Source of the DNA: a virus
Taxonomy: Duplodnaviria > Caudoviricetes
IMG/VR virus record: IMGVR_UViG_3300013307_000671
Span: 32,001 to 96,000 of that record
DNA length: 64,000 nucleotides
Strand: one strand, 5' to 3'
Shown here piece after piece: positions 59,290-64,000 of the stretch. Position 1 is the stretch's first letter. Each line of letters begins with the position of its first letter. The notes beneath the pieces were generated by a model. That model did no database searches. It was not told the DNA's origin and saw nothing but the letters and a program-made list of their open reading frames with translations. The translations under genes and the position numbers were made by a program.

Positions 59290-59676
59290 TTAAACGGCAT
59301 CAATACACTTGAAACGCTTGAAATAAGCAGAAAGTTCTTTGGCATAACGCTCAAGCTCTTCTTTGTCAGAAGAGAAAAACTGATAACCATGACTCTGAGT
59401 GCAATATCTGTTATCATTGACTACCGATGGATATTTCTTCTGCAGTTCAGCAATCTTGGCATCCATTTTGTCAGACACTTCCCAGCGACTATCCTTGTCA
59501 TATTTACCGCGACCAAATAAAATTTCTTCCGAGAAGAAAAACTCAACACGCGCATAGTGCAGTGTCTCAAAATCCACCGAGCAACGCTCATTGCTTAAAT
59601 CCTGACGTTCTTCAATCATCCGATACACCCTCATTAAGTGAAGCACTATTATAAATATTGTTGTCTTTAAGTGCAA
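59290..59676 (-). CDS. hypothetical protein
   Basis: probable start MIEER after GAGG; box 59659-59669. Confidence 0.65.
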   Translation of the reverse strand: MHLKTTIFIIVLHLMRVYRMIEERQDLSNERCSVDFETLHYARVEFFFSEEILFGRGKYDKDSRWEVSDKMDAKIAELQKKYPSVVNDNRYCTQSHGYQFFSSDKEELERYAKELSAYFKRFKCIDAV

Positions 59677-59679
59677 GCA

Positions 59680-60708
59680 CTAAGCAGCTAAAGAAGCCCA
59701 TTTTTCATGAATAATCTCTTTGCCATAAAACACACATCCATAGCCATTTTCTTCAATGACTTCCAGCATGTGATCAATAGCTTTCTCTATATCTTCATTA
59801 AACTTTATCCTAAGCAAACTAATGCCACGAGACTCACAATAACGGTTTTTTATCTCGTCGTTTCTCTTCTGACTCAGAAACCCTTCAGTTCCACCAAAAG
59901 CATCAACTTTAGTAAAATGCTGCTTACCATCAAACTCAATCAACAGGTTTAATGATTCAATATAGAAATCAAACTTGAGCCTAACGCCGTTTTTACTGCG
60001 ACATCCAATGAACTTCGCTTGCTCTTTAAACGATAAACCGTAGCCATTCAAAGCATTTGCTACAGCCGTTTCACCTTTCGAGGCGCGGCATTTAGGGCAA
60101 CCATCACCACAAAGATGATTTCCCGCCTTCTGAGAAAACTCTCCGTGAATACCACAGATAATCAATACTTTTTGGTGCGAAGATGTATACACAACTTTGC
60201 TGTAATCATATTTACCATGATGCACATCTATCGCTTTTTCGATGAAGGCCTCTGCGTCAGATCTGATAGCATCATATTGACAAGCCCGGCAACCTTTTCC
60301 ATTCAAATGCTCTCCGGCACGCTGCTCAAAATCCCCATGTTTCTCACATGTGATTGTAACCTTCTTTTTATTATTCACGTAAACTACTTTTTCATAAGAA
60401 TAACGTGAACCATGAACAGCAATAGCTCTACTCACGAAATCTGATTCTACTCTTTTCTCTCTCGAACATGCATAGCAAGACCTGCCTGCTAAATGCTCGT
60501 TAGCACGCTGCTCAAACAAGCCATGCTTTTCACACTTAATCTTAACTTTCGTGCCGCTGTTTACATAAACAGTCTCTTCATAGCCATACAGGTCGCCATG
60601 AATGGCAACCGCTCGCCTAATAAATTTTTCTGTTTTCTCACACATAAGCCACCAAAGCCACCTCATTTTAACTTCCTTCATTATAGCAATATAATATTGT
60701 CTTTTCAA
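59680..60708 (-). CDS. DUF723-repeat, Vsr/PD-(D/E)XK-type (homing-like) endonuclease
   Basis: three FI..A..VHG..Y.Y...V.I.C..HG.F.Q....HL.G..C..C repeats; SKGE, FDFY, IEFDGKQH. Confidence 0.85.
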   Translation of the reverse strand: MKRQYYIAIMKEVKMRWLWWLMCEKTEKFIRRAVAIHGDLYGYEETVYVNSGTKVKIKCEKHGLFEQRANEHLAGRSCYACSREKRVESDFVSRAIAVHGSRYSYEKVVYVNNKKKVTITCEKHGDFEQRAGEHLNGKGCRACQYDAIRSDAEAFIEKAIDVHHGKYDYSKVVYTSSHQKVLIICGIHGEFSQKAGNHLCGDGCPKCRASKGETAVANALNGYGLSFKEQAKFIGCRSKNGVRLKFDFYIESLNLLIEFDGKQHFTKVDAFGGTEGFLSQKRNDEIKNRYCESRGISLLRIKFNEDIEKAIDHMLEVIEENGYGCVFYGKEIIHEKWASLAA

Positions 60709-60783
60709 GCTTTATTTGCCGACCTTGTTGATTTATTGCCCAAAAAAGATATAACTTAGCTATTAAACTTCAAGGAGAATACT

Positions 60784-61335
60784 ATGAACTTACTTATCTG
60801 GTTTTTGATCATCATGGCAGTTGTCGCTGTCTTTTATTTTATCTCTGTTTACCGCACTAAAAATCTAATCAAGCAAGGGATTGTCATCAGTAAAGAATAT
60901 CTTGCCAGTGTCCGCAACGATTCCTCTACGCTTGCTCCTGAAGATATAGTTGCCTATGAGATGTCTGTTATTGGTGAGCGCATCGCCGAACTTAGAACCA
61001 GCAATATTGTTGCCAAATCTTTAGCAATCACCCACGACATTCCTAACAATAAAATCAAGCCTATCCATAATCAACGCATTATCGATACAACTCAGGCGCT
61101 TGCTTACAATATCTATCTTGAGAATGTGCTTAATGAACGCCCGGAAGCTGCTACGATTAATGATATCAACACCCTTTCTGTTAAAGATGTGCTGATGTTT
61201 GAGTTCGAAGAATACGGCGAACAGATCACAGAATGCACCAAGATTATTGAGCGAAGCAAAAAAAGAGAACTCGATAGTTATGAGCAGGAAGTTATGGATA
61301 TGATTAATACGGAAAGAAATAGAATATTCCCTTAA
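60784..61335 (+). CDS. membrane-anchored hypothetical protein
   Basis: N-terminal TM segment, AAGGAG RBS. Confidence 0.7.
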   Translation: MNLLIWFLIIMAVVAVFYFISVYRTKNLIKQGIVISKEYLASVRNDSSTLAPEDIVAYEMSVIGERIAELRTSNIVAKSLAITHDIPNNKIKPIHNQRIIDTTQALAYNIYLENVLNERPEAATINDINTLSVKDVLMFEFEEYGEQITECTKIIERSKKRELDSYEQEVMDMINTERNRIFP

Positions 61336-61424
61336 TCATATTCACTTATATTGTTTGATAAAAAACATCTGGTATAATAAAAGCAAACGTATATTTATTT
61401 TTATCATTTTAAAAGGAATCAACT

Positions 61425-62135
61425 ATGGATATGGCAGCAGCTCGTAATAACCTTTCCGAACTTCTTACGGATAACACATTTAAAGATAAGTTATTTAACA
61501 CTCTTGATAAACTTCATACCAGCGCAACTCTTGCTGATTATGGCTATGAAGCAAGTAAAAATAAAGCAACAAATGAAGGCATTAAAAGCTTCTTTAAAAA
61601 AGCAGGCGGCTTTCTTGCTGGCACAGGCTTTACTGTAGGCGCTGCTGTTGTTGCCCAAGCAACCATTGCTACTGCCTTAGCCGTTACCGCCGCACCCGCT
61701 TTACTTGCCACAGGCGCTGTAGTAGGTGGAGCCTTAGCTATAGGGGCTGCGGTATCATTTAAAAATAGTATTCCTCTTTCCCCAAATGCCGCAAGAGAAC
61801 TTGCTAAAAATGGCGCAGCGTTTTCAAAAGAAGAATCCGAACGCGCTAAAACCGTTTTCAGTCAGCTTAATGAAATGACCCTTGACATGCTTAAAGCTAA
61901 AGACAGCAACTCGCCTGATTATGGTGCTAAGTTTGTTGCTGTATTAACAAAAATAAAATCAGTTGAAATGGCATCTGAGCACATTGAAGCAGCTAACAAA
62001 CGCAGTATTAATCAAATCAGAGAAGGTGGAACAAGCTTTAAAGACAGACTTCTTCACTTTAAAGATAAACTCACACACAGAGAGCCGGATATTTCTGTAG
62101 AAAATAAAAATAACAATGGATTTAAATTTAAATAA
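61425..62135 (+). CDS. protein with Ala/Gly-rich hydrophobic hairpin and basic ..NNNGFKFK tail
   Basis: 236 aa, AAGGA RBS, own promoter. Confidence 0.75.
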   Translation: MDMAAARNNLSELLTDNTFKDKLFNTLDKLHTSATLADYGYEASKNKATNEGIKSFFKKAGGFLAGTGFTVGAAVVAQATIATALAVTAAPALLATGAVVGGALAIGAAVSFKNSIPLSPNAARELAKNGAAFSKEESERAKTVFSQLNEMTLDMLKAKDSNSPDYGAKFVAVLTKIKSVEMASEHIEAANKRSINQIREGGTSFKDRLLHFKDKLTHREPDISVENKNNNGFKFK

Positions 62136-62152
62136 TATAATAAAGGCATAAT

Positions 62153-62425
62153 ATGAAAAATAATACTTATCTCATCTGTAATAATAACGAGTTTAACCAT
62201 ATTTTAATACCTAATATGCTTTTACTGGTGAATGATATCAATCAAAGCCAAATAAATAATGTGGTTTTTGATAAAGCTTCTAAGCGTATTAATATTGAAG
62301 GCTTCTATATTGATATTGAAGATGAACATGTAGATATCGTTGAGGAATGCGTCAGACTAGAAAATATCACGCTATCTGTTATGTCTAACGATGGCAATAT
62401 TTTAGCAATGTATCAGATTCATTAA
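62153..62425 (+). CDS. hypothetical protein
   Basis: directly downstream of 61425; AT-rich. Confidence 0.55.
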   Translation: MKNNTYLICNNNEFNHILIPNMLLLVNDINQSQINNVVFDKASKRINIEGFYIDIEDEHVDIVEECVRLENITLSVMSNDGNILAMYQIH

Positions 62426-62464
62426 AACTTAAGCATTAAAAAAGCAGCCTCGGCTGCTTTTTAT

Positions 62465-62653
62465 TTATTCTTCGATTGGCTTCCACTTCAAAATAACATC
62501 GTTATCTGAAAAAGGCCGACACCCACCAAACCAATGACCACGCTTAAATAAACGCACGGCCTCCAGCTCGCGATCACCGCGCTCAATCAAACACTGATAC
62601 TTGCCATCCTCTTCAGGAAGACGCTCACTTACAATAATCCAATCCTGACTCAT
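62465..62653 (-). CDS. DUF551-like protein
   Basis: WIIVSERLPE...W.P. Confidence 0.7.
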   Translation of the reverse strand: MSQDWIIVSERLPEEDGKYQCLIERGDRELEAVRLFKRGHWFGGCRPFSDNDVILKWKPIEE

Positions 62654-62862
62654 TTGGACTCACCTGTCATCAGAACACCATAGTCGGCATTTAGCCCTGA
62701 CTCGCCCATCAAGGCTATTTCGCGCTTCCAGTAAGCCACAATGGTGCGAGAATCTAACTGATTAATGTGAGGCACTACATTCGCCAGAGCTTCTGTATTT
62801 AAACTCTGATACCAGCGCATTGCCTGACCTATTTCTGACTCAACTTTGATTTCCGCTTCCAT
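62650..62862 (-). CDS. hypothetical protein
   Basis: GAGG RBS, ATGA overlap. Confidence 0.6.
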   Translation of the reverse strand: MEAEIKVESEIGQAMRWYQSLNTEALANVVPHINQLDSRTIVAYWKREIALMGESGLNADYGVLMTGESK

Positions 62863-62950
62863 TATGTCTACCTCATTTGTTTATTCGTGCTCATTATAAC
62901 CAACAAATGACAATGAAGCAACAAAAAAGCCGCCCGAAGGCAGCTTCTTT

Positions 62951-63304
62951 TTATTTGATAACTTTGAGCGATCCGGCACTGTAGTTGAACAGAATGCTGC
63001 CTTGTGCCATATAATAGAACATCTTCGCAATTTGATAATCCTGACCATCAGGCAGAGTCGCAACCTGTTTCTGACGCTTATCCATTTCTTCTTTGGCATC
63101 TTTCTTTAAAGACAGACCATACAGTGGCGTTCCATCACAATCACGCCCATGATGAACAACAAAAAGACGCAGACCTGTATCATCATCATTTTCATCACCC
63201 AAAATCTCTACCAGTGAACCGAGTGGAATGGTATGGCTCTGTTCCATTTTGTTTTGCTTCACAGTTTTACCATTTGACTCAACAATATCGGATACATTGA
63301 TCAT
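62951..63304 (-). CDS. phage-type hypothetical protein
   Basis: H.IPLGSLVE...RLFVV.H.RDCDGTPLY. Confidence 0.75.
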   Translation of the reverse strand: MINVSDIVESNGKTVKQNKMEQSHTIPLGSLVEILGDENDDDTGLRLFVVHHGRDCDGTPLYGLSLKKDAKEEMDKRQKQVATLPDGQDYQIAKMFYYMAQGSILFNYSAGSLKVIK

Positions 63305-63350
63305 TTCTAAAGCCTCTTATTTGAAAGGAGTTTCTGGTTAAAACACATGT

Positions 63351-63593
63351 TCAGCGATTATGATTAGCAATCAGCACCTGATCCATTGTTTCCAGATTCG
63401 TGTAAAGCACGTCTTTATTCGCCTTAACATCTTTCATCAGGCAAATATGACTTTCGTCTTCATAGGGTTTGCAACGCTGAAGCAATACGTTTAAAGAAGA
63501 TTCTTCACCTTTAAACACTTTCTGCTCTACCGGATTGCCATTGCTCAGCACATATAACAACGCAATTTCAATAATCATACTTGCTTGCCTCAA
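63351..63593 (-). CDS. hypothetical protein
   Basis: box-bearing promoter (63634-63644). Confidence 0.5.
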   Translation of the reverse strand: MRQASMIIEIALLYVLSNGNPVEQKVFKGEESSLNVLLQRCKPYEDESHICLMKDVKANKDVLYTNLETMDQVLIANHNR

Positions 63594-63669
63594 CGCCCTA
63601 TCAGGAATGACTCATTATAACTTTATTCCTCATTAAAGACAACAAAAAACCACCCGAAGGTGGCCTTTT

Positions 63670-63945
63670 TTAGCTATTAAAGTATTTACGCTCTTCGCCC
63701 AGCACCTCAGCCAGAATACCGCGATATGCTTTATCTTCTGTCTGGAAAGGATTTGGCAACCAGCCACCATCGACATAGGCAACAAAGTAGTTCGGCCCCT
63801 CTTTGACCACCTCAAACTCATCCGCAAGTTCGATAACCTTATCCATCACTTCGTTTTCATCTAAGTCAGCAAACAGAGTCGTCATTTTCTTCACCTTAGT
63901 TCGTTTCAATAAAGCTATTATAAAGACAACACATATCCAAATCAA
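63670..63945 (-). CDS. acidic hypothetical protein
   Basis: probable start MTTLF; ATTGAAAC leader and box 63921-63931. Confidence 0.65.
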   Translation of the reverse strand: MIWICVVFIIALLKRTKVKKMTTLFADLDENEVMDKVIELADEFEVVKEGPNYFVAYVDGGWLPNPFQTEDKAYRGILAEVLGEERKYFNS

Positions 63946-64000
63946 GCTTTATCTTAAAAAAAGAGGCCGGAGCCTCGTTTTTATTGATATAGTTCCCTGA

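Noticed and set aside
28186-63913. GTTTCAAT/ATTGAAAC looks like a CRISPR repeat end or crRNA 5' handle
   Set aside because: Copies are kilobases apart, only 8 bp, tied to -10 elements; no array and no cas genes
1471-63931. GACAAYA box as merely the -35 hexamer (TTGTCA)
   Set aside because: It also occurs in the opposite orientation, in spacers and at -10/+1, where a separate -35 exists
1471-63931. Box as Fur box or Pho box
   Set aside because: Partial resemblance only (AATGA.AA; TGTCAT). It lacks the 19-bp Fur palindrome and the 11-bp-spaced tandem PhoB repeats; a host factor is not formally excluded

Overview
A 64-kb slice of a large, roughly 40%-GC (by eye) enterobacterial-type mobile replicon, most likely the leading/accessory region of a conjugative megaplasmid. 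Support: an E. coli-like ssb next to a KorA/ArdK-like HTH, and no phage structural, replication or transfer genes. A jumbo phage early region cannot be excluded. About 120 mostly short genes, nearly all on the minus strand, form dozens of 1-4-gene cassettes. Each cassette is bounded by an intrinsic terminator and a near-consensus sigma70 promoter. Recognisable parts: tRNA-Arg(UCU), DUF262, ABC ATPase, PEP-swivel fusion, Pth2-like protein, Ssb, an IscB/omegaRNA element whose empty site can be rebuilt, two cREC receivers, GNAT, PsiE-like, PphA-like phosphatase, DUF808 and a DUF723-repeat endonuclease. Main hidden structure: (1) an asymmetric ~11-bp box (TAATGACAACA / TGTTGTCATTA) overlaps about 45-50 promoters in either orientation, suggesting one element-wide regulon with two candidate HTH repressors in the window; (2) a separate class of otherwise unrelated proteins ends in an RPRxx-type basic tail, and their promoters lack the box, making them candidate T4SS-delivered proteins; (3) a conserved +1 leader AT(T/C)GAAAC and a clonal terminator family suggest cassette shuffling. 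Functional claims are inference from reading by eye; no searches were run.
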